A DNA stretch of 64,000 bases, taken from positions 1 through 64,000 of the IMG/VR virus record IMGVR_UViG_2921643360_000001; one strand, 5' to 3'. The position numbers and the translations under genes are program-made. Below, piece by piece: positions 50,512 through 58,629 of the stretch. The number at the start of each line of letters is the position of its first letter. The first letter of the stretch is position 1. The notes below the pieces were generated by a model that was not told the DNA's origin, ran no database searches, and saw only the letters and a list, made by a program, of their open reading frames with translations. The stretch comes from a virus.

Positions 50512-51228
50512 TTGTCGATTGGAGATAGCAACGACGTCTTCGGGCGCCTGAAAGCCGCCCTGCCGCAGCGATGGTTTGGGTCGACTTCGGATTCGATGCC
50601 GGTTGTCGATTCGATCCTGGCAGGACTCGGAACCGGGTTGACGTTCATCTATTCGCTGTATGCCTACGCCAAGGCACAAACAAGACTTTTAACCTGTTCG
50701 GATGGCTTTCTCGATATTTTCGCCAGCGACTTCTTCGGGTCGTCGATACAGCGCAAGGCAAACCAGTCTGACGCCTCATTCAGGGGAGTCATCCAGGCAA
50801 ATCTATTCGCCGAGAAGGCCACACGCAAAGGCGTCGTCAACGTCCTTACGACCATCACCGGGCGAGCGCCAGTCGTATTCGAGCCCAACCGCGTTGGTGA
50901 CGTCGCAATTATGGGCGTGCCAACGGCAGGCGGACAGAACTACATGGGCATTCAGACGAGCATGTATGTCGGGCCTGCGCGCATGGCGTCCACGGCGACA
51001 CCCTACCAGGCTTTCATCATCGCATACCGCCCACAGGCAACGGGCGGATCGGCTGGCGGTGCTTTTACGGATGCGCCCACTCAAGCCGCACTGAATACGC
51101 CCCTCGCCAAGTCATACACCAATTCCCTGTCATTGCTGACGTCAAGCGCAACCGACGCCGACATCTACGCAGCAGTGGACGCTACGCGCCCGGTCGGAAC
51201 CATTCTCTGGGTAAGCATTTCGAACTGA
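50512..51228 (+). CDS. Baseplate/tail protein (Mu gp48 / P2 gpI-like)
   Basis: TTG start, 238 aa, assigned by order. Confidence 0.5.
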   Translation: MSIGDSNDVFGRLKAALPQRWFGSTSDSMPVVDSILAGLGTGLTFIYSLYAYAKAQTRLLTCSDGFLDIFASDFFGSSIQRKANQSDASFRGVIQANLFAEKATRKGVVNVLTTITGRAPVVFEPNRVGDVAIMGVPTAGGQNYMGIQTSMYVGPARMASTATPYQAFIIAYRPQATGGSAGGAFTDAPTQAALNTPLAKSYTNSLSLLTSSATDADIYAAVDATRPVGTILWVSISN

Positions 51229-51261
51229 CAAGCATGTCTAATCTATTTCGGCTAAAATAGC

Positions 51262-51297
51262 GAGACCCGCTCGGTGCGCTAACACCTTGCGGGCCTC
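51262..51297 (+). promoter_or_regulatory. Conserved leader hairpin of cassette 2
   Basis: GAGACCCGC..GGTG-cgctaa-CACC..GCGGGCCTC, which covaries with the copy at 58737..58773. Confidence 0.55.
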
Positions 51298-51328
51298 TAA
51301 CCACCATCTGCTTTCGAGGAGCAAAACG

Positions 51329-51952
51329 ATGGCTACCAAAGATTTTACCTCAGTTGGCGCAGTATTTTCCCGCCTTACCGTGATAGGTTCGCCAGAGAAG
51401 CGCGACCAGCGCTGGTTCGCGCCCTGCCGTTGCGAATGCGGGGCCGAGAAGTTTGTGCAATGCAAGCATCTTGTGTCCGGCGCGACGGTTTCCTGCGGTT
51501 GCGTGAAAAAGGGGCGACCCAACCTGAAGAATCGGACCCATGGCAATTGCGTTGGCGAGAGCAAGGCTTCTCCAACGTATCTAAGCTGGGTTGCTGCCAA
51601 ATCGCGTTGCGATGATGCCAAGGACCGAGACTATGCGAATTACGGCGGTCGGGGCATTCGCATGTGCGATCGCTGGCGCAATGATTTCTCGACGTTTCTC
51701 GCCGACATGGGCGAGCGGCCCGTTGGCATGACGCTAGACCGCTTCCCGGACACGGACGGCCACTACGAGCCGGGCAATTGCCGCTGGGCGACGAACCGCG
51801 AGCAACAGAATAACCGCCGCAATAATGTCCTCATTGAGCACGGCGGCCAGATGAAAACATGCACGCAGGTCGCCCGCGAATATGGAATCCGCCCCAGTGT
51901 GTTCATTGGCCGCATACGACGAGGATGGTCGGTAGAACGCGCCACATCCTAA
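51329..51952 (+). CDS. HNH-like (degenerate HNH_3-type) endonuclease paralog 2
   Basis: 'YANYGGRGIRMCDRW..FSTFLADMGERPVGMTLDRFPDTDGHYEPGNCRWATNREQQNN'. N-terminal Cys cluster CRCECG..CGC. Confidence 0.65.
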   Translation: MATKDFTSVGAVFSRLTVIGSPEKRDQRWFAPCRCECGAEKFVQCKHLVSGATVSCGCVKKGRPNLKNRTHGNCVGESKASPTYLSWVAAKSRCDDAKDRDYANYGGRGIRMCDRWRNDFSTFLADMGERPVGMTLDRFPDTDGHYEPGNCRWATNREQQNNRRNNVLIEHGGQMKTCTQVAREYGIRPSVFIGRIRRGWSVERATS

Positions 51953-51988
51953 CCTGTCGGCAAATAGATAGCTGACGCTAAAACACCA

Positions 51989-52043
51989 AGCCCGCTAAAC
52001 GCGGGCTTTTTCATTTTCTGGCCCGCCATCGTGCGGGCTTTTT
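51989..52043 (+). terminator. Two tandem rho-independent terminators
   Basis: AGCCCGC-taaac-GCGGGCTTTTT at 51989..52011 and GGCCCGC-catcgt-GCGGGCTTTTT at 52020..52043. Confidence 0.8.
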
Positions 52044-52060
52044 GCATTTCTGGAGCCTAA

Positions 52061-53704
52061 ATGGACCGTGTGATTACGTATGTAGGGATGAGCGTATACG
52101 AATGGCTCTTTTCTAAACAAGCGCAAAGCTCGATGGTCGGGCTCTCGAAGCTGTCGGCCGCCATGTTCGGTTCGAATACCGTGGCCAATGGTCTTTCCTG
52201 CGTACCGACCGGCCCCGCTTCGCTGCAAGTCGTCATCAACCCCGGCGAAATCTACTCGTTCGCCAACCTCGAGAACAGCGTCTGCGGAACGCTGCCGACT
52301 GATTCTCACAGCATCATGAAGCAAGGCGTCCTGCTGGATGCTTTTACGACGACTGCTGGTGCGCTTCCCGCGCCAGGCACGGCTGGACAGTCGGTGAACT
52401 ATCTCATCGAAGCCCAGTACGCAGATTCAGACGTCTCGGTCGATCCGACGACGGGCAGCGCGCCTGTCGTGCTTCAGTTCTATAACTCTTCGAATCCCGG
52501 CTCGCCTTGGAGCGGTCCTGGCGGCCTCGGCGGCACGAGCAACACGTTCCGTAAGGGCGTTGTGTCGCTCCAGATCAAGGCAGGTGCCGCGGCAACGACG
52601 GGCAGCCAGACGACGCCCTCACCTGATGCTGGCTGGACTGGGCTGTGGGTCGTGACGGTCGCCAATGGGCAGACACAGATCCTCGCGGGCAACATCACGC
52701 AATACGCAGGCGCGCCAATCCTGCCGTCGTCGATTCTTTCGTCGATCCAAAGCGGAAATATGTCGTATGCGGTCGCAACCGGGTCGGCTAACGCTCACAC
52801 GATCGCCTTGACGCCGGCTCTCACGTCGCGCGTCGACGGCATGATGATCCGCTACAAGGCTCCTGCCGCCAACACGACAGCCGTGACGCTGAACGATGGC
52901 GTCGGAACGGCCAACGTTCTCGGCGCGAACCACGCGGCACTCCAGGGCGGCGAATACATCACCAACGGTGACGCCATTGTCGTCTGGAATAGCTCGATCA
53001 GCGGCGGTTCGTACATCCTCATCGAATGCACTGGCGGCGCCCTCCAAATCCCCCCCGCCACTCAGAGCCAGCATGCTGTGCAGTTGGGGCAGGTGCAGCA
53101 GAACTATGCGTGGAATGGCGGGTTCCAGGCCGTTAGCGCAACCGGGAACTTTACAGTTCCGGCCGGCGTTTATAGATTGCGTTACCGCGTATGGGGTGGC
53201 GGTGGCGGCTCAGGCGGATGTGGGTCGACTGGCCAGACAGCAGGGGGCGCTGGCGGTGGCGGCTACTCCGAGGGAGTCGCTAGCGTAACTCCTGGTCAAA
53301 CTGTGTCATGCACTATTGGAGCAGCAGGTACCGCCGGGGGGGCAGGTGGCTCCGGTGGTACAGGCGGCACTACGTCGTTCACTGCAGGCGCTTTGACGGT
53401 TTCCGCTACCGGCGGGTCTGGAAGTTCAAACGGCATAGGGTCTGGCGGGAATGGAGCAGCCGGTGGCACCGGATCTGGTGGGCAAAACAACCTGACTGGT
53501 GCCGGCGGCTGCTCGGGTTCGGGCTCGACGGGCGGCCCTGGGGGCATGGGTGGTTCGGCCCCCCAAGGCGGTGGCGGTGGCGGTGGCGCAACTGGGACCG
53601 CCCAGTCCGGGCAGACGCCTGGCGGCGGCGCAGGAGGGCCTGGTGCGGCTGGAGCCAACCCGGGCGCCATTGGCGGAGCTGGTCGCATTGTTTTTGAATG
53701 GTGA
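52061..53704 (+). CDS. Tail fibre protein with C-terminal glycine-rich domain
   Basis: 547 aa after the baseplate. C-terminal 'WGGGGGSGGCGSTGQTAGGAGGGGYSEG...GAGRIVFEW'. Confidence 0.7.
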   Translation: MDRVITYVGMSVYEWLFSKQAQSSMVGLSKLSAAMFGSNTVANGLSCVPTGPASLQVVINPGEIYSFANLENSVCGTLPTDSHSIMKQGVLLDAFTTTAGALPAPGTAGQSVNYLIEAQYADSDVSVDPTTGSAPVVLQFYNSSNPGSPWSGPGGLGGTSNTFRKGVVSLQIKAGAAATTGSQTTPSPDAGWTGLWVVTVANGQTQILAGNITQYAGAPILPSSILSSIQSGNMSYAVATGSANAHTIALTPALTSRVDGMMIRYKAPAANTTAVTLNDGVGTANVLGANHAALQGGEYITNGDAIVVWNSSISGGSYILIECTGGALQIPPATQSQHAVQLGQVQQNYAWNGGFQAVSATGNFTVPAGVYRLRYRVWGGGGGSGGCGSTGQTAGGAGGGGYSEGVASVTPGQTVSCTIGAAGTAGGAGGSGGTGGTTSFTAGALTVSATGGSGSSNGIGSGGNGAAGGTGSGGQNNLTGAGGCSGSGSTGGPGGMGGSAPQGGGGGGGATGTAQSGQTPGGGAGGPGAAGANPGAIGGAGRIVFEW

Positions 53705-53708
53705 GCTT

Positions 53709-53891
53709 ATGGTCCAAAACTACGCATTAGTCGCAAGCGGCGTCGTCGCTAATACCATCATTTGGGATGGCGACACTGAAAACTGGCAGCCCCCCGATGG
53801 TCAAGTGGTCGTGTTGATACCCAGTGACGCGGGGCCGGTGTCGATTGGCTGGAAATGCGACGGCTCGGCATTCACGTTACCTGAATTGTAA
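53709..53891 (+). CDS. 60-aa tail-fibre-adjacent protein
   Basis: Reads MVQNYALVASGVVANTIIWDGDTENWQPPDGQVVVLIP..., a pattern I recall recurring next to phage fibre genes. Confidence 0.5.
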   Translation: MVQNYALVASGVVANTIIWDGDTENWQPPDGQVVVLIPSDAGPVSIGWKCDGSAFTLPEL

Positions 53892-53895
53892 AGAC

Positions 53896-53904
53896 TGGTA
53901 ATAT
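53896..53904 (+). promoter_or_regulatory. Extended -10 promoter (TGgTAATAT) for the radical-SAM gene
   Basis: Lies 25 nt upstream of the ATG. The SD AAGGAG sits in the loop of a GCGCG/CGCGC hairpin. Confidence 0.4.
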
Positions 53905-53928
53905 GCGCGTCTATAAGGAGCGCGCAGA

Positions 53929-55242
53929 ATGCTTATTTCGAAAATCGGCGGGGCGGTAAATAAGGTAGCGATGTCGGTCAAGCATCGCGTCGTCGGGCGG
54001 GCGATCTCTACGCTAGAGAAACCTCATCAGGCAGTTCCCGATGTCGCGATTCCCGATGTTCCCGAGACGGATGAGTCTGTTCTCGCTCGATCCGAGTCTA
54101 TTATTTCCCGGGCAATTTCTGCTGGCCGATCTGGCAAGCTGACCGTTGTTCCTGAGATGATCTCCGTCGCGGCCACGGAAAACTGCAATCTTAAGTGTGT
54201 TATGTGCCCAGGTCATGCGGGTATGAGCGGTCCGAAACTCTCAGTCAATGAGGCCGAAATGCTATTCGCCTCGCTCGCTGTTGAAGGCCCGCATTTTGGG
54301 TCGCCGAAGATCCTAGACATGACATCTGGTGAGCCCACGCTCAACCCCGACCTAGGGCCAATTTACGGCCGATTCAAAGAACTTTTCCCCGATTCGAAGA
54401 TTTCGATGATAAGCAACGGGACGATCCCCGTTCGCGGTCGAACCCGTGAAGCATTCGAACATGCTGACCGCATCGGTCTTTCGATGGACGGCGCGACGCA
54501 GGAGACGTATGAGCGGATCCGTCAAGGGTCGATATGGAAGAACGTCATTCGCAATGTGATGGACGTTGCTGAAATCAAGAAGTTGGGTGAGAACTGCGAG
54601 ACGTTGCAGATCATGATGGTTGTTATGGACCAGAATATCCATGAACTACCTGAAATGATCCGCCTCGCACATTCCCTTGGAATTCCGCAAGTGTTCGCGC
54701 AGGTTTCTGAGATTCGTACTACCCCCTTCAATATCGCAGGGCAGAACGTTTCGCTTACTCTCTCAAAGGAAAAACTCGCCCCTATAGTACACGAGGCGAA
54801 GCAGGAGGCTCAGCGACTCGGCTTGGATTTGACTCTTACGGCGCATCTGGAAAATTCACTCGTTCCGGATGAGCCAAAGCAACCAGCGACTGCTCAGATG
54901 ACACATGACGAGCGCGCGTTGAGTGTCGCGATTCGAACGTGTAATGTGCCGTGGATGCATGCACCGCGCATTTCGCAAAATCACGATGGGATCTACCCCA
55001 CAACGGTTTGCTGCCATATGCCGAATGTCCATGGCGCTGGCAATTTGGCACGCCGGGAGGAGTTCCGCGGGAAGTCGATCAACGAAATCTTCAACTCGCC
55101 ATACTATTGGGAAATTCGGGCTGGGTTGATGGATGGATCGCTTGCCAATGATGCATGCAAGGGTTGCCAGTATCACCAGATGACGCAGTGGACGGCCACC
55201 CAATTGCGCGAATTGGAAGAGGCCGTCGATGCATCAGTTTGA
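53929..55242 (+). CDS. Radical SAM enzyme with SPASM/twitch-like Cys-rich C-terminus
   Basis: 'ENCNLKCVMCPG' (CxxxCxxC), 'SGEPTLNP' and 'SNGT'. C-terminal Cys pattern CNVPW..VCCH..ACKGC. Visibly lower GC than the flanks. Confidence 0.8.
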   Translation: MLISKIGGAVNKVAMSVKHRVVGRAISTLEKPHQAVPDVAIPDVPETDESVLARSESIISRAISAGRSGKLTVVPEMISVAATENCNLKCVMCPGHAGMSGPKLSVNEAEMLFASLAVEGPHFGSPKILDMTSGEPTLNPDLGPIYGRFKELFPDSKISMISNGTIPVRGRTREAFEHADRIGLSMDGATQETYERIRQGSIWKNVIRNVMDVAEIKKLGENCETLQIMMVVMDQNIHELPEMIRLAHSLGIPQVFAQVSEIRTTPFNIAGQNVSLTLSKEKLAPIVHEAKQEAQRLGLDLTLTAHLENSLVPDEPKQPATAQMTHDERALSVAIRTCNVPWMHAPRISQNHDGIYPTTVCCHMPNVHGAGNLARREEFRGKSINEIFNSPYYWEIRAGLMDGSLANDACKGCQYHQMTQWTATQLRELEEAVDASV

Positions 55243-55605
55243 TTGATTCAGGGACGGGGATAACGACGGCGCCTCGCCACATTCGTTTTCGGCTAGTCCC
55301 TGCTCGTCTACAGGTCGGTCAGGAAAGCTCATAGGCGCTCGCATTCCGATCAGTGCCGTGAGTTTTCCGAAGAAGGACCGCTTGTGCGTCTCCAGTCCGA
55401 ACTCTCGTGCGCTTCGCTGGAAGTTGTCGACCTCCCCGGAGCAGAAGCAGGCGACATACCGGTAGGTCTCTCGTCGTCGATTCAGAAGGGCGAAATACGC
55501 ATAGACAGGCTGATCGAATTTCTTGATCTCTCCCACCTGTAAGCGCTCAACAAATGCTTTGTCCTGCTCCGGCATGTGCCGCGTAGTCAAAAGTATCGTC
55601 TGCAC
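55234..55605 (-). CDS. 123-aa hypothetical protein (GTG start, strong SD GGAGG)
   Basis: Converges on, and overlaps by 9 nt, the radical-SAM 3' end. No motif recognised. Confidence 0.55.
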   Translation of the reverse strand: MQTILLTTRHMPEQDKAFVERLQVGEIKKFDQPVYAYFALLNRRRETYRYVACFCSGEVDNFQRSAREFGLETHKRSFFGKLTALIGMRAPMSFPDRPVDEQGLAENECGEAPSLSPSLNQSN

Positions 55606-55706
55606 TTCGATCCTCCGTCTCTGGGTTATTTAGGATCGCGCTGAATGTTCAGGGGATTGCGTTGTTTTTCAATTCGTTACCCCTGTAACGACCGCCGATA
55701 ATACAC

Positions 55707-56504
55707 CTAAAATTTTATTTTCAGCTCCAGCGCATCGGCATCATTCCACAGTGGCGGAATTTCGCGCTTGTTGCTGTTGATGCTCATGAAGTAATGCCTG
55801 TAGCTCAAGGTGAGGCGACCGTTTCCTACGGACAGCCCAGCAACGGGCGCGACGGACCAGTAGGCATCGGAAACGCTGATGTCCTGTGCCGTCTGCGTTG
55901 GCCACGCCTTCCACCCGGCGACGTGCTCGGACCACGAGTCACGATGCACATAGGCGCCGACTTCTGCGCCGACGCGGACGCCGTAGACCCAGTAGTACGG
56001 CTCAAGCGTCAGCGCGACACCTTGTGATCGTCCTTCGCCCGTGAAATACGCCTGCGGTACGTCAACCTTACGCGTGTAAGAGTGCGACGATGGGTCGTAA
56101 TTCGCGTCATTCGGCGTGCATGAGCAGTCGGCTGCAGCGCGACCAAGATTGACGTATTCGGCGTGCCAGTCGACGCCCCATTTGCCGCGAGTGATGAGCG
56201 GACCAGTGAAGCCAGCAGAGAAAGCCGGCGGCTTGCTCGTCAGCTTTGAGCCGCCCGGAATGCCCTCCTGGTACCAGCGACCATCGGTCGTGGTGTACTT
56301 GGCCGCGCCAATGCCCAATTCGACCTGAACGTAATCGTTGATGTAATCAGCATGCGCCGACGCAGCGGCACAGCCCAAACTCATCGCAACAGCCGCCGCA
56401 CGCCACCGCGACCCAACGCGGCGATTCGTGCGTGAAGCCGTAACCTGTTGGCGCGGAACTCGGCGACCGCGTGAAGCCTGAACCACCCGATTTTGCGTGT
56501 GCAT
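55707..56504 (-). CDS. Outer-membrane beta-barrel protein (Lom/Ail-like moron)
   Basis: Signal peptide '..AAVAMSLGCAAASAHA|DY', alternating aromatic beta-strands and a C-terminal '...LELKIKF'. Confidence 0.7.
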   Translation of the reverse strand: MHTQNRVVQASRGRRVPRQQVTASRTNRRVGSRWRAAAVAMSLGCAAASAHADYINDYVQVELGIGAAKYTTTDGRWYQEGIPGGSKLTSKPPAFSAGFTGPLITRGKWGVDWHAEYVNLGRAAADCSCTPNDANYDPSSHSYTRKVDVPQAYFTGEGRSQGVALTLEPYYWVYGVRVGAEVGAYVHRDSWSEHVAGWKAWPTQTAQDISVSDAYWSVAPVAGLSVGNGRLTLSYRHYFMSINSNKREIPPLWNDADALELKIKF

Positions 56505-56506
56505 TT

Positions 56507-57187
56507 TTATTCTCCGAGCGCAACTGTCAAATTAGCTGCGTGATTTGCTGTCCAGACGGTTGCGAAAGCTTGCAGCGATGCTTTGCGCTCGTCATAGTCC
56601 TTGCCCAAGCCGATCATTACGGCGTTGCGCTCTTCCAGTCTTGCCAGAAGATCGAGCGCAGTCGTTGACAGGCTGTCGCGCTCAAGAGATTGAAACTTGC
56701 CTGATGCGGCCCAGTTGACCAGCCGCGCCTCATTGGAAAAATGATGCGGAGCGCATGTCTTGCCGATGGCCTCGCGGCTCAATTGCACAATCTGCGACAT
56801 GACCTTGTATGACGCTGCGGCTTCGTGGCGAAGACGTTTCTGGTCAAAGTGCGGATGCTGGCGTGTGATGAGCGCACGAATTTGCCGATCGCACCAGATA
56901 GCGAAGCGCACGTCCAGCCATCGGGCGAATCCAACCGCAAGATCGGGATGAAGCCAAGTTCCGCCGCTCTTGCCGCGCAAGGTGCGAATCCAATTACCAG
57001 ATTCTCCGGTATTTAAGGATTCATCCAAGGCAGCGATGTATTCCTGTGTGGCAGGAAGGGCGAGCCAGTCATTCGGACGCTTGCCGAATTGCGAGGCGAT
57101 GGCTGTCGCATTGAACCAACCTTCGTCAGTAAATGAGACGGCCACGCCTTGGTAGTCTGCGACGATGATTTGCTGTTTGGGGGCCAT
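56507..57187 (-). CDS. KilA-N domain protein
   Basis: 'VSFTDEGWFNATAIASQFGKRPNDWLALPATQEYI...GTWLHPDLAVGFARWLDVRFAIWCD' matches KilA-N. Confidence 0.75.
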   Translation of the reverse strand: MAPKQQIIVADYQGVAVSFTDEGWFNATAIASQFGKRPNDWLALPATQEYIAALDESLNTGESGNWIRTLRGKSGGTWLHPDLAVGFARWLDVRFAIWCDRQIRALITRQHPHFDQKRLRHEAAASYKVMSQIVQLSREAIGKTCAPHHFSNEARLVNWAASGKFQSLERDSLSTTALDLLARLEERNAVMIGLGKDYDERKASLQAFATVWTANHAANLTVALGE

Positions 57188-57212
57188 TACCGCGCTCCCA
57201 TGCTGAATGATG

Positions 57213-57493
57213 CTACTGCGTGTCTTCTCCAGCGGCCTCCGACATGTCCATCGTGGCGCCGACTTTGCGCATTTCGTCGATCACGGCTTCGATATCCCGC
57301 TGCTTGAGCACGAGTTTCGCCATAGCGAAAAACAGCATTTGCGCGCTGATCTTCCTCGGCTCCTTCCCGCCCGTATATTTCCTGAATTGCTTGTCGTCCG
57401 ATACACCGAACAACTCGGCCATCTGGGAGCCGGTATATCCAAGCCGCGCCTTGAGTCGCGCTAGGTCTTCTGGGGTCGGTGCTTCGTAGCGCA
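57213..57493 (-). CDS. XRE-like HTH regulator
   Basis: 'GYTGSQMAELFGVSDDKQFRKYTGG'. ATG at 57493 is preferred over the TTG at 57509. Confidence 0.6.
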
Positions 57494-57595
57494 TTGAGGA
57501 ATCGTCCAAGGCTGCGCGAAAAATCGCGAAATGTTCTTCTCATGATTCTTCCTTTCGGAGTTGTCGGGTTGCCGGATGGCCGCCCTGTGATTGGA

Positions 57596-57625
57596 AGTAT
57601 CAGCCCCGAAGGGGGCATTTGTCAA
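57596..57625 (-). promoter_or_regulatory. Sigma70-like promoter (TTGACA-18-GATACT) for the HTH/KilA-N/OMP operon
   Basis: Read from the minus strand. The spacer contains the hairpin GCCCC-ttc-GGGGC. Confidence 0.5.
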
Positions 57626-57649
57626 CAACTAAATTCGACCAACCAACCT

Positions 57650-57676
57650 GCCCGCCACGAGCGGGCTTTCTGCTTT
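57650..57676 (+). terminator. Terminator-like hairpin upstream of the lysis genes
   Basis: GCCCGC-cacga-GCGGGC followed by TTTCTGCTTT. No plus-strand gene lies directly upstream. Confidence 0.4.
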
Positions 57677-57691
57677 AACGGGGCTTACTGA

Positions 57692-57976
57692 ATGGACAAC
57701 ACGGTCCTCTACATTGGCGGCGCTGTAGCTGGCGCTATCGGCACGGTTGCCTGGTGGGCTGTTCGTGCGATGCACGCGCGCATCAACGAGAACGCTAAAG
57801 ACCTCTCCGACTACAAGCTCTACGCGGAAAAGCGTTTCGTGACATCCGACGAACTGACGAAGGCCATCGGAAATCTCGAAGGATCAATCGAGCGCCTGAT
57901 TGAATCAGTCGATACCAACGCCAAGGAAATGCGCGAGTGGTTCCGGCTGCTCCAGCAGACGAAGGCAGATAAGTAA
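57692..57976 (+). CDS. Membrane-anchored coiled-coil protein (holin-position gene)
   Basis: N-terminal TM 'VLYIGGAVAGAIGTVAWWAV'. Lies directly upstream of the endolysin. Confidence 0.45.
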   Translation: MDNTVLYIGGAVAGAIGTVAWWAVRAMHARINENAKDLSDYKLYAEKRFVTSDELTKAIGNLEGSIERLIESVDTNAKEMREWFRLLQQTKADK

Positions 57977-58014
57977 CCGCTTTATCCCCTGCAACACCGC
58001 TCTAAGGTATAGCC

Positions 58015-58629
58015 ATGCAACTCACAGCACAGATTGTCGCGTCAGGGTGTGGCTCAGCGCTTCTTCGGGCGGCGCAGTGGGTCGCCCCGCTCCAATCCGC
58101 CTGCGACCGCTACCACATCGACACGCCTCTGCGCGTCGCGGCCTTCCTGTCGCAGATCGGCGTCGAGTCTGCCCGCCTCACCGCCCTCGTCGAAAACCTG
58201 AATTACTCGGCAGAGGGTTTGCTCGCAACCTTCCCGAAGTACTTCAACGCAGTGCAGGCGGCGCAGTACGAGCGACAGCCGCAGCGCATCGCGAATCACG
58301 TCTACGCGAATCGGTACGGCAATGGTGACGAGGCGAGCGGAGATGGATTTCGATTTCGCGGCAGAGCGTTGCTCCAGATAACCTTTAGAGACAACTATGC
58401 CTCATGCGGTAAGGCGATTGCGCTGCCTCTCGACTCACATCCTGAGTTGCTTGAGCAACCATGCAATGCGGCGCTCGCGGCTGGCTGGTATTGGGACTCG
58501 CGCAACCTTAACCCGCTGGCCGATGCCGGTCGATTCGAGGGCATCACGCGCGCTATCAACGGCGGGCTCGCAGCGTATTCCGAACGCCTCGCTCTCTATA
58601 GCGCTGCAAAGAAGTCACTCGGTATCTGA
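58015..58629 (+). CDS. Endolysin, glycoside hydrolase family 19 (chitinase-like)
   Basis: 'FLSQIGVESARL...NLNYSAEGL...YANRYGNGDEASGDGFRFRGRALLQITFRDNY...INGG' matches GH19 endolysins. Confidence 0.85.
   Translation: MQLTAQIVASGCGSALLRAAQWVAPLQSACDRYHIDTPLRVAAFLSQIGVESARLTALVENLNYSAEGLLATFPKYFNAVQAAQYERQPQRIANHVYANRYGNGDEASGDGFRFRGRALLQITFRDNYASCGKAIALPLDSHPELLEQPCNAALAAGWYWDSRNLNPLADAGRFEGITRAINGGLAAYSERLALYSAAKKSLGI

Larger units (their letters stand above)
51253..52043 (+). mobile_element. Self-contained HNH-like cassette 2 (TAAAAT box, leader hairpin, ORF, tandem terminators)
   Basis: Its 5' leader and 3' terminator are homologous to cassette 3 (58728..59526). It is inserted between the baseplate and tail-fibre genes. 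Confidence 0.6.

Noticed and set aside
53296-53717. P/R/W-rich ORFs on both strands (130, 129 and 103 aa) under the tail-fibre 3' end
   Set aside because: These are frame shadows of the GGN-repeat glycine-rich domain. Poly-Pro and poly-Arg translations are the complement or offset of GGC/GGT runs.
57187-57618. 143-aa Arg-rich minus-strand ORF with a good SD (GGAAG) overlapping the HTH gene
   Set aside because: The alternative frame (57213..57493) encodes a clean XRE-type HTH protein. The Arg-rich frame looks like a shadow, although its upstream ATG and SD mean a short upstream ORF cannot be excluded.
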